Shown piece by piece: positions 1 through 11,582 of a stretch of 64,000 nucleotides of DNA; position 1 is the stretch's first letter, and each line of letters opens with the position of its first letter. The notes under the pieces were generated by a model. It had not been told where the DNA came from. It saw only the letters and a program-made list of their open reading frames with translations, and made no database searches. Source of the DNA: Pelomyxa schiedti (lineage: Eukaryota; Protista; Evosea); assembly GCA_020536535.1 (NCBI GenBank), contig JAHLWZ010000847.1, forward strand, positions 13,298-77,297, given 5' to 3'. Position numbers and translations under genes: made by a program.

Positions 1-498
1 GCAACTTGCAACACTGACTGAAGATCCGATCTTGTGGTCGTGGCCGGCGTATGTGCGGATAATCCAAAATTCTCGCCGAACGGAACGGAACAGGACGTGC
101 GACCAACAAACTTGTGCTTTTCTCGTGTGTCATCGAATCGTGTTGTGTGCACTACAAGAGGTGGAGGAGGATAATATTATCACGGTGGCTATTGGGTGGG
201 ACTGGGCAATCATTACGTAACGACTGTGCGGTTTGTTCCGTTGCACTCCTCAAAGAGGGACCAACAATCTGGTCTTCGTCGAAATCAAGTTCTCTTGATG
301 CTGGGGTGTTTAGTTGATGTGTACCCATCGCTGGTATCCTGGGGTGCCCCCAATTTTTGGCTTCGAAGGGGCATTTCCAGGGGTACATCATAAGTATGAC
401 GGTGATCACAAGCTGTTCCGCGACTGCTCACACACTTTTCCAGCAACTGTCGGTCTTCAAGAAACGACCACGAAATCGTTCCATTCTTCGAATTATTG

Positions 499-2347
499 AT
501 GGCGTTCAAAAGTGCAGCGCTTGTGGCTCTTTTTGTTGGCTGCCTTGTCATAGGGAAGACTGAGGGGTATTGGTGTGCTGAAAACTCGTGGGCAGTTTCC
601 GCCGTGACAGCGTTGGCTGCCACTAAGACAACCGTTTTCTCTGGGCTCACTTACGAGTCGGAATTCGACGACGCTTTCGAACTGCTGTGGAAGCACCTGA
701 AGGCTTTCTCCAATGGTATTAAAACTTTGTTTGCTTGTTGTTTGTTTTCCCTTCGGACAACAAAAGGATAAAGGCTCCTTGGCAGTTGCACTCACGCCTT
801 TTTTTTTTTTTTTTTTTTGTCTAGGGTATTCTGGAGTGATATATGTTGGGCAGGAGACGGGAGAATGGTACGGCATTGCTGATTGTTACACTCAATCAAC
901 CCTCCTTGGGTTTCAAGGCTAGTATGGCCCTATTTCGTATCATCTTCTCAATTTCCTCACCTCTTTTCAAGTGGATGCGACTTGATTTCCGATTCGTACA
1001 GCTATGTTGCCTTTGCTGTGAACGAGGCTGTCTTTGGCGACTCTCATGTCCACTTCTTCGAAACGGATGATGGATCCTACCTGTGGGAAGAGGGTGAATC
1101 GACCACAGACTATGACCCAACCTCTCGCCCATGGTTTGGACCCAATGTCTCCCTTCTTTGCAGGGTTTTACACCACAAAGGTGGATTACTGGCTGGACTG
1201 ACTCGTACGACGATGCTTTATCCAACCAGACATGCAAAACTTATGCTCTTGACATTCCCGGTGGCAAAGTACATCTAATAATAGGCAAATGAAATCTAAG
1301 TTCTGCCACAGGTTGCAGCTGATGCTGTCTCAATAGAGCAATGCCCTGTTGACAATGATTTCGCAGACTGTGACTATAAAATGTTGTGCTCAAAATTAAT
1401 TTTCTTTTTTAATGGAATAACAGGGATGAGGATCAACCTGATGAATGTGATCCCTTGTGGTGTTTCGCAGGTAATGATGCGCCAGCAGCGTACTATACTG
1501 CTGTAAATTTGGGTGTACCCTCAGTGGATGAAATTTCTACCGAGGAGGAACTTCACACTCTTGTTTCACTACTGCGTTCTGCACTTGTTATTAACGCTGG
1601 TGGCCCAGTGTCTTCCATGTAATAACTCCCTGAGTGCTACTTTTTATTGATACTATTACCCAGTTACACAGCATTCACTACAAATCAAGATTATGTTGCT
1701 GTTTGCACCTGCGAATCTTGGATCTTTGGGGATACTGATAAATGTGACGACACAAATTGGATACTCAAACTCAGAGTTTTTATCCTGCCACTATTTCTAC
1801 CCCCTCTTAGTTTCTTCTCCAGAGTGAAAACCTATTGGATGATGAGAAGGTTCACTTATTCCCAGTGGATGATTCCGGCGATTTTGACCTTACAGATGAG
1901 ATGGAAGTGAGGAACCCTTTTTTTTCACCCCTTCAAACTCGGCTTAACCTCTTGCATTTTTCTTCCTGGCTCTTTTTTGGTAGAGCTATGCCTACACCTA
2001 TGATCCGACTATTCGGCCTTGGTACTTGCAGGCCACTGCCCGTCATGGTAACTGTTATTTTCGAATGTGTACCTACACACTCACTGTACTTCAGAGGAGG
2101 GATGGGCACCAATTTACACCTACGCAAGCTATGATGTCCAAGGACTCACCTTTACTGGCAACTATGATTCCTCAGGTTTGGGGATGAATTCACACTACAC
2201 CTCCCACAAAAACAACCTGAATTCCTAACCAAACCCACACCAGATGTTGTCATAGCAGTTGATTCGTTCTCCATCTGTTCCGGTGTCAGTCTCTCAGTCA
2301 CTGGCCTCCTTCTTCTCGCCGCAGTTCTCTGCGTTCTTTTCCTTTAA
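499..2347 (+). CDS. Secreted, probably GPI-anchored protein with two Cache/PDC-like sensor modules (multi-exon)
   Basis: ATG 499 and signal peptide MAFKSAALVALFVGCLVIGKTEG. Two motifs, YDPTSRPW(W)..WTDSYDD..AAD and YDPTIRPWY..WAPIY..IAVD, resemble dCache_1. Hydrophobic C-terminus SGVSLSVTGLLLLAAVLCVLFL ends at TAA 2345-2347 with no cytoplasmic tail. Confidence 0.7.
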
Positions 2348-2457
2348 CTGATCCAACACACAGTACCATACCCATTTTTCTTCCTTTCGTCTTTCATTTC
2401 GCTGTAAAGTTGAACGAAACGGGAAAAACCAAACAAAAAAAAAAAAAAAACCGAAAG

Positions 2458-3929
2458 ATGCAGGGGTTGGGAAGGAGGCGCGCGCATGCGTTTTACGACG
2501 GAAGAATGAGGCGGGACTTCCAGCGGTACCCCAACGTAGAGGACTCGGCCCGCGGGGTCAAGTCGGTGCGCGAGCGGCTGCGCGACCTGCTGGCGCAGGC
2601 CAACATCGCGCCCAACGGGGGCTGGGCGCTGGACATCGCCCTGCGGCCCGTCGGGGTGGCCCACGACCCGGTGGGGCAGGGGGCCGTGTCCGTCGACCCC
2701 TCGCTGCCCCTGCTGCGGACCCTGGCCCTGCTGGGGTGCTGCCCCGCGGGCGCCGCGAGGCGCAGCCCCGGCAGGGGCGTGGTGACCCCGGACGTCCTCG
2801 TGGTAGTCGCCGAGTACTTGCTGTGCTGCTGCGAGGACTTCGAGCCGTACCACGGGATTTCTCCCTTTCTGAAAAAGGTACTGGAGCCTGTGCCCATTAC
2901 TTATGAGTGTCATTCCTCTTAGTGTGTGGGTGTAATGGCTGACACGTAATTATATCTGGTATACAGCTGGGGGTTCCAGTCTGCCACTACTGCAAAGAAA
3001 GCATGGAGGGACACTTGCTGTCACGAAACCGTGAGAGAGCCATCTACATTCTCCGCACACAGTGGCGGACCCTGAGCGACCCGCTGCCGCTCTCCTGGGA
3101 ACACATGATCCTCCTCGCCACCACACAGGACGACGAGGAGCACTGCTTCCAGGCCCTGCAGGACTCCGTGCACGTGGCATCCACCAAGCCCCCGAAGCAG
3201 TGGTGGAAGGCCGCGGCCGGCCACTTCGCCAACCTCCAGGGCACCCCGCACAACCACTGGGGCGACGAGCGCGACCACCGCACCCTCGTGACCTGGGCCC
3301 TGTACCACGCCTCGGCCACCGGCAAGCTCGCGGCGCTCGCGGGGCTCATCAGGGGCCTGGCCACAATCGACGAGGTGGAGCCGCGCGTGTGGGCGACGGC
3401 CGCGGGGGGCCTGCTGGAGCTCAACTCGGCCGAGGCGTGGCGCTCGCTGCTGCGGGTGCGCCCCGGCCTGCTCACGGCCGGGCGGGCCCCGCTGCTCCTG
3501 TGCGCCGCGGCCGCCGCGCCCCCGGGGGTGCTGCGGGTCCTGCTGCAGGCGGCGCCGACGCCCCCGCGGCTGCTGCTCACGGACCTGAGCTACTTTGGGG
3601 CTGGGCCCAGCCGCAGGGGCGGGGCAATGCACGTGCTGTGCTGCGGCGGGCAGCAGAGACTGATCAAGAAGTGCAGGATCCTGGCGGAGGCGGGCCTCGA
3701 CCCGCACGCACTGACGGACCGGGGCGAGAACCTGCTGCACTGCCTCTTGCAGAACCTCACGGCCAGGCACCCAGACCCCGCGGGTGTGCGGGAGTTCGCC
3801 GAGTGGCTCATTTCCACTCACGGCCTGGATATGCGGGCTCCAGACGCCTCGGGCCGGCCTGCTTGGAGGGTCGAACAGCCCGACTTTCCAGAGGAGCACC
3901 GTGCTTGGGTTCAGACTTTCCAGTCTTGA
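2458..3929 (+). CDS. GC-rich protein with C-terminal ankyrin-like repeats (one intron, 2878-2966)
   Basis: Exon 1 MQGLGRRR..FLKK joins LGVPVCHYCKESMEGH in frame via a GT-AG intron. C-terminal GGAMHVLC, GLDPHALTDRGENLLHCL and GLDMRAPDASGRPAW fit ankyrin-repeat spacing. Confidence 0.6.
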
Positions 3930-4042
3930 CCATGTAATAATGTGTGTTTGAAAAAGACCAAAACAGGAATAGCAAAGAAAGCAAGTTGGATAGAAGCAAC
4001 CGGAGTTTTGTTTTAAGTATCGAGGAAATTTATTTGGTTTGT

Positions 4043-5176
4043 TTAGGCAAAGAGGTCGAAAGCGCCACCAAGGTCCTGGGAGGACAGAGTGAGAACATAT
4101 TACAAATACCGGAGAAAACAGAGGGACGCGTACCACTTCTTCCTCGGCCGGTTTTTCGGGTTCCGCTGGCGTTTCGGGCTCAGGCTCCGGTTCATCGACT
4201 TTGGTGGGTTTGCCTTTCTTTGGCTCGACGGGTGTGCTTACGGCGACTGGTGCTGCTGTGGCGGCTGTCTTCATTCGCTCGGCGGCAGGGAAGTTGTATG
4301 CGGTCGAGAGTGTGAGGCTGATCAAGTTCTGGAAACCGGTGTTGAGTACGTGGGGTACGGCGGTGACGGTGGGATATCGTAGTGCCAAGCTGACTGCTGC
4401 CATCGCCTGAATGCCTTTTCTGAGTTTATTGACAATGAATTCCGCGTCGTTCATCATGTCGATCATGTCGTGGTCGAAGACGAATCCTCCCTCGTAGACT
4501 GCCTTGATAAGAAGTCCGTATGAGAATGGTCGGATGTTGAGCTTGGCGAGAAGTGCGGCTTCACTGGGCCCGACTTTGTCTCCCTTCTTCAAAAGGGTGA
4601 CATCGCTGATGATTTCGACCTGTCCCTTGTTGATCTTGGATGCGATGTTCAGTGCTTGCAAGAAGCTGGTCTGGGTTGGCTCAAGTCCCGTATTACCAGC
4701 TGGAATAACGACCTCATTGGGGGCAAGGCTGCCGGCCTTGGCGGGGGCATCGACCTTGATCGACTGGAGCTTATCCCTGAGCTTTTTGGTGTTAGTTGGT
4801 CACGACGTCGTTCAGTAAGTACTAAACCGTACCTGGACAAGATCGCCGTTGGTGAACACGAACCCAATCTCGCCCTTGATGTGAGACAGAAGGGGCTCAA
4901 GTTCGGGGGTCTTTTTGACGTGATCGCGAACGATCTTGCGAATGAGTGTGTTCTTTCCCATAAGAATAACTCCCTCGTTGCGGATGGACTGGCGGATCTT
5001 TTGCATCTGAGCGCTGCCCACATTTGCTGAGGTCACGAGCATAATGCGGGGGTACTTATCAAGGAGATCGCCGAGGATCTAAACAACAAGTTCCAAACGG
5101 TACTCCTTGAGAAGGGAAAGCTTACCTCGATGTAGGCGGCCTTCTTCTTCTTCTTGTCTACAACCTTGACTGGCAT
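4043..5176 (-). CDS. RPLP0: 60S acidic ribosomal protein P0 (uL10)
   Basis: NVGSAQMQKIRQSIR, LMGKNTLIRK, IKGEIGFVFTN and KINKGQVEIISDVTLLKKGDKVGPSEAALLAKLNIRPFSYGL; acidic tail ending DLGGAFDLFA; three GT-AG introns. Confidence 0.97.
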
Positions 5177-5757
5177 TGCTTATGTTTATAATGCTGACTG
5201 TGGATAGCCGAGCGGTGTTGGATTACTAGTAGTAACGAAAATGACAACGCGCAGTGCGCTTGTACCCTAGAGGGGGAAAAAAAACAAATCAAAAACTGCG
5301 CAAGAAAAAAAAAATAGTCGGCGCGGGGCAGTTGGTCCAGAAACTACAGCGAAACCACGAGGCGACGGTGTGGGGTTTGTTTGCGATTGTGTTGGCGATG
5401 TGACGTGGATTGCGTCGGGTCGTTTCCGAACCTTACGATGCGTAGCAGGCAGTAAAACTCAAAAAAGCACGAAAGGGAAAAAAAAAACCACCAGATCGGG
5501 TGTTTTCTGACCCCGGGCCTGAAAATCCAACTGCGTTTGGGCGTCAATTAGTTCAGCAATTGTCTCACAGATTAGCTTTTTGGAATGTATCAGCCCCAGC
5601 CCCTCAGAGAGCCGTCGTCCGCGAGGATGGTTAATAGAAACGCATTGCCCCCAGTCAAACCGGTTCCTCATTTTGCAGATAATTCGATTCTTTTCGAAAC
5701 GTCATCTTGTTCGGCTTATCCACAACTTCAAGTAAAGATCTTTTTAATCATCAATCG

Positions 5758-7793
5758 ATGCGGCGGGTACTTGTGCTCTCGATCTTGGCAATTGGCTTGG
5801 TATCTTGCCAGTGGTTTAGGTGACCCCTCTTTTGGTCTTTGCATGCTCTTTTTTTCCCCCTTAAAGCCAACAGTTGTCCCGGTGTCGAAGTTCGAAACCC
5901 GTTGTTGAAGCTGTTCCTTGCTGCAGGAGCTTCGAAAGTGGTTACCGCTCTCTTTTGTTTTTTTTGTTCTCTTTGTTTTGTTTTTTTAACGTTTACTCTT
6001 TGCTACAGTGGGACATTATGTGTTTGAATGTAACAGCTCCACTGGATTACGCAAATCCGAGCGCTGGCGAGATTGCTTTGTTCGTCACCAAGCTCACAAA
6101 CAACAGTCAACCCAAATTCGTTAACCAATTGTGGATGATTTCTGGTGGCCCCGGGGAACCTGGTGAGGCACTTCTCAATTCAATGCTAAACTGGGACTTG
6201 ATGGATACTCTGGATGGCACCTTTGAGCTTATTTTCCCTGACCACAGAGGCACTGGGTTTTTTATTTCCCTTTCTCTGGTTACACCTTTCTTACTCGTGC
6301 AGATATTCCACACCACTTTATTGCCCAAATCCGGATCTGATGCATGCAGCAGAGTGCACTCAATACCTGAATGAGGTAATGGGAGCTAGTCTGCAACAAT
6401 TCACCATAAGCAATGCTGCACATGACATCAACTTCTTGATGAAACTAAATGCTTTCTCTGGCGTACAGCAGCACCTCTATGGAATTTCTTATGGTGTGGA
6501 ATAACTGGTCTTACAACACTCACTTTTTTTCGTGCAGGGACTCTGTTGCTGCAACGTTACCTTCAGATCTTTAACAGTAGTGAAGACAGACCCCTAAGTG
6601 TAACACTGGATGGAATTGTCTCGCCTATTCACACAGAACTCATCACCTATGACCTTCAGTCCAACAATGTTGGGCGAGTACTGATGGCCAGGTGTGATTC
6701 AGATACTTTCTGCAGTTCCGCGTTTGATGGAACCTGTGCATATCAGCTAATGCAAGAGATATTCGATGCACTGTCTGCAGGAGAAGCTACCTGTTTGGAT
6801 AAACTCGATCAACCTCTTCCTCCACCTTATTCTGAAAACCAACGTGCAGTATGCTGGAACTACCGACCCCACACCATGTAACTGTGCATAGGGTCTCGAA
6901 ATGCTATTTAGCCTTCTTCTAGAGAATGACGTCGCTCGCGTGTTTGTACCTGTCATAGTTTTTAGACTGAATCGCTGCAACGAGGATGATATCGCAGCCT
7001 TGAATTATCTGATGAAGTCCAGTAAGGTTTTTCTCCGTTCAAACTTTGCCTCATGATGAATCAGCAAGTGCTCACTTGACTGCACGTGATACACCACTAA
7101 TCCCAGCTGACAACCTTCTATTGTGTATCAACATCGTGGCAAGTGAAATGCTCTCGTTTGGTACTCCAGCTGATGTAAAAACTCTCACCGAACAAAGTAT
7201 GAGCTTCTACTTTGCCACTTTTGCCCCAGAGCAGGTGAACCTCTAATATTGTTTGGTTATTTAACCAAACAAAAGATGAGAATTTGGTACGAGTATTGGA
7301 CTAGGTACCCTCTTGACGAGTACGCACAAAAATTGCCTAATGTGGGTCAGTACGAAATATTTGCTGCCTAAAAACCAGGTCTAGGTTGATGGCTTACCTC
7401 TCCTCATGCTAAACGGCAATCTTGACCCAGCAACACCGCTGTTCTGGTCAACAGATTTGTGGATGCACTATTACTCTTCTTCCCCAAAAGCAAAGGTACC
7501 TCCCTGAGCCAGAGGACGTTTTCTAATTGATTTCACCCCCACCAACAACCAACCAGTTCGTGCTGCTCGATATGGCATGTCACGGGTCTCTGGTGTACTC
7601 ACCAGTAACAAACAGTGCCACCCCATGCGGGATGCAGGTTCTATCCAGCTGGTTACTTGGAGGATACAAAACAAGCACAGTCGACGATACTTGTCTCTCT
7701 TACCTAGCACCCATTGACTGGGAAGGAACAAACGCCAACACAATGGACGAGAGCATGTCATTATTTGGTACAACAGACATGTGGCAGTTCTAA
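5758..7793 (+). CDS. Secreted alpha/beta-hydrolase, TAP-like (tripeptidyl aminopeptidase/peptidase S33-like)
   Basis: Signal peptide MRRVLVLSILAIGLVSC; motifs APLDY, ISGGPG, PDHRGTG; nucleophile elbow GISYG, acid LNGNLDPATP and base ACHGSL, so the triad is intact. Confidence 0.85.
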
Positions 7794-8083
7794 AACAGTT
7801 GGAATGAAAACCATTTGGCTGAATAAAATAATCAACAGACCGGTACGCTGTCATTTTCGTTATCGTAGCTCAGGATCGGCGGTCTGGTGTTTGTTGTATT
7901 CCGCCAGTACTTTAGAATCTTTCTTTTTCCACAAACCCTTCCTCCCCTCTGCCCAGAATTCACCACCCCAGTGAGTGACTCTGCCTGATGTTCTCACTGG
8001 AAACAAACTTTTCTTTTGGAACGGTCAGATTGGTGGTACCGACTTTTTACGTAGTTGGGGGCGTGCGGTTGGACAACCAAATA

Positions 8084-11000
8084 ATGCAACCTCACCGTAC
8101 ACACACAGGCCAGCAGCACCACAAACGGTGCCGCCACGCAGAACAGCACGCGCCCGCTTCGCGTCTTGGCAGCGAGGACCCCACTACACAGCACTACCAC
8201 AACCAACAAACGCCATTCATTGCAGCGTCGCCATCTGCCGCGGCGACCGGCCTCGGCAGTACCACCAGCACTGCCGCCGCCGCCACCACCACCTCCTCCT
8301 CTAGTGCATCTGCTGCCGCAGCGGCAGCGAGAGCGCCGGCATGCACACCGCCAGACTCCCCGCACCGCGGCGGGCACCAGCACGACCAGCGGCACCTCGA
8401 CCTGCACTTCCACCGCCGCCATCACCACCACGACCACAGGCACCGCAGCGGCGGCGGCGGTAGCCACCTCGTTGGTTGCGGCTGGCACCACCACAGCCAC
8501 CACCCCGGCGCGCCGCCCCGTCCTGGTGGCGGTCTCCACCTCTCGGTCCACCAGCAGCAGTTATTGCGCGACGGCGCGGCAACAACCACTACGACTAATA
8601 CCACCACGAGCAGCATAGGCAACAGTAGCAGTGGAATTAGACGTAGTGGCGATGGAGGAGGCGGCGGCGGTGGTGGTGCCGGCGGTGGCCACGTGCACGT
8701 GCACAGGGGCGCGGGAAGGGATTGTTATGTGCATAGAAGTGGGCACCCTGGCGGCGGAGGGGGCGGAAGCAAAAGTGACTCAACTGCGAGTGCTGCTTCC
8801 TGCAGCAGAATTGCGAAGTGTGGCTGTCCTAATTGCACTAGTAATGGCAATCGAAATAGCGACGATGGAAGCAGCCAGCCTTATGAACGTGGATTACCCG
8901 TCCTCATTGAGAGTAACGGTTCGTTGTTGCAACAGGAGCAGCGGCAGCAACAACAATGGAAACTTGCACAATCCAAACAAGTGGAGGAGAATAAACGGCA
9001 CTGTCACCATCACAGGCACTATAGAGTGTATCACCGCAATTGCCATAAGAATCTGCTTCCTCTGGTAGGGAACCATCATGCCAGTGGCAATTTGCATATT
9101 GAAGAGGGTAGGTACAATCATATGCGTCTAACGCCTAAAACTGAACAGTAATTAATAAGCCTGTAAGTACAGTAAGGCACAAACTCATTACCCCTTCGCA
9201 GCGGCTTTGCCAACAAATCCCACTAATGAGAGTGACGTTAATCCCAGCAGAGGGGTCATTTCTCTCCTGGCACCTAGTAGAACGGTGGAGCCCAATCTGG
9301 GATCGGCTGCAGCGAACCCCCAGCCACTGCCTGTAACAATAGGTTTACACCTAATCCGGCACAATGACTCTAACGGTTTCACTCATCAGAACCTTCTGAC
9401 TTCCTACAAAAAGGGATTGAAATTTTTCCTTTCTTTACCAAAGAGCAGTTTCTTGAGGTATTCTATTTTTTATTTAGTCTATCAGTAGTCATATGTTCTC
9501 TTAGATGTACACTAAACACGGCAATAACTTTGATGTTTGCCTCAATAAAATTTTGGATGAAGTCCCTGTACTGAACGACAGAACTAGCCCTACAACTGAA
9601 GCCCAGAATACTCCCTCTTCGGCAGCTTCTACTCTTGACCATGGTGCAATTTCCAATGCCCAAGTCACAAAGCCTGACCTAGATGCGTGCTATGAAGAAT
9701 TCTCTCACCAGGATACTGAAAACCTCAATACGGAGACACCAATTGTAGATGAACGTCCAGAGTCTGAGATGGAAAGAGGAGAGGGGGCAACAATTGGTGG
9801 TGAAGATGACACACTCTTCAATGAGGCTGTGGTGACTGACGTCAAAATGACACTGCCAAACAGTCCTCAAGAACAACTTCCCAGTCAACAGGAAGCTTCA
9901 ACTTTGTCAAGTGACACACAAGCACCCTCCACTACCTGCCTCCCACAATCTACAGCGACAGAAAAACTTCCATTGGATACTATTTCTTATCAACTTCAGG
10001 TCCCAAATGGGCTCCCATTGCCAGCACCATCTCCAATGTTCTCCCAGCCTCATGTTCCAATTTCTTTTCCAACTCCTTCGCCTTTGCCGCCTCCTTCACA
10101 GTTAACTCCAGGTCAATACAGACCATTTTACACTTCTGCCCCATTTATAGTATCACCTCACTTTCCCCCACAGCATTTATCTCCGTACACATCGTCAGTC
10201 ATTCCAAATCCTTTCTTGATGCCCTCGCCACAGGTAATTCACCCAACGGGACCGTTGCTCCCACACCCACATTTGCAGCCAGTCTCCCAACCTCCCCTGT
10301 GTACCAACCAGTCATTCTTCTCTCCACAACAACCCAGTGTTATTTCTCCACAATCTTCCAGCTTGCCCATGCCCACATGGTATCCTCCACCATCAAACCC
10401 AATAACGGTAAGCACCACAATTAGCCCTGTAGAGAAACGACCACAATTTAAACTTCCAGTCATCTGTGCTGCCACAGGTGAGCAGTCAGTCAACCCGACT
10501 CCGTCTGCAACAGCTGAAGCAAGCTCTGTACTTCACTCCAAACCTAGTGTCAGATCGGTATTACAGGAACGAAGTGTCATCCAAGAACTACTAACTGAAA
10601 AGCAAGCACTTGAAGTTCAGATCCTAAAAAACAGAAAACAAATTGAGATATACGAGGTGAGTGTCCTTCACACGTCACCAACCAACCACATGCAGTATAG
10701 GCAAAGAGAACAACAAGAAGCACTGGACCAAGCAAATAAAAATCTTTCCTCATTAGGGGAGGTTGTGGATATGCAGCCCCAGATAGAGGAGCTTTCTGCA
10801 ATTGCCGACGAATTGGAGAAAACACTCGCAATGCAAGTCTCTTTTTGCTGTGGTGTTTCTCCAACAATCACAACACAGATCAAAGCAAGAAAGAGCACCC
10901 TTAATAGATGCATTAAGACAGTTGTCTGAAAGTATCGTCAAGGTTTCTCTGTACTCTTTTTCCCTTACCAATTGAGTTGTATTTATTCCCACAAGACAAC

Positions 11001-11523
11001 AGTACAGCACTCCTCTTTGCTGCAGGAGGCAAATACATTAGAGAATACCTTGAAATCCTTCCAAGAAAGCCAAGCCCAACTTACCCAACAACTCCAACAC
11101 AAGCAAACAGAACAAGAAACGATACTACACAATCTTGTCGACACTTCCCGTGACATGGAATCAATACAGCAGCGCATCACAGACATTCTCCACCAGTCAC
11201 ATGAAATTTGTACCAAAAAATCCACAGTGGAATTAGCACTCAGCTCACTAAGTGGAGCGGTCAGGTTTGTCTCCCTGCCTTTTCCCTTCTTTTGTATTCA
11301 CTTTTTTTTAGTGATGTGGTTGGCATAGCGACTAATGGGCTAGTTTCTTCCTGTTATACTTTGCTTGAGAGGTTTCTAGTAAGATATCTTTTAGATTCTT
11401 GGCTAATAGAATCAAAGAGTAAAGGACCGACAACTGGAAAGTCCCCACCAAATTCCAGTTTTTTTGAGAGAGGAAGTCATAAAAGCGTTGGCACCATTCC
11501 AACACACAGACGACAATTTGTAA
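8084..11523 (+). CDS. His/Gly/Thr low-complexity protein with CUE-like domain, Pro-rich region and C-terminal coiled coil
   Basis: Exons join in frame (e.g. intron 9112-9172). FLQKGIEIFPFFTKEQFLE|MYTKHGNNFDVCLNKILD matches CUE spacing (FP motif); heptad-rich 10560-11250. The last exon is uncertain (stop at 11422 or 11523). Confidence 0.6.
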
Positions 11524-11582
11524 AAGTAGGGAAAGTAACGTTGTTTAGTTACATAACTGTTTTATATTCAAAATTACAAAGT

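Noticed and set aside
1-498. Short ORFs upstream of the first gene
   Set aside because: No recognisable motif or consistent exon structure; a truncated gene from the previous window cannot be excluded.
3021-4661. 546-aa minus-strand ORF appearing to fuse P0 to a long extension
   Set aside because: It reads through the last P0 intron into the GC-rich antisense of the ankyrin-like gene; the spliced P0 stops at 4043.
5646-5662. CCCCAGTCAAAC, complementary to a conserved LSU rRNA segment
   Set aside because: No adjacent D or D' box and no upstream C box.
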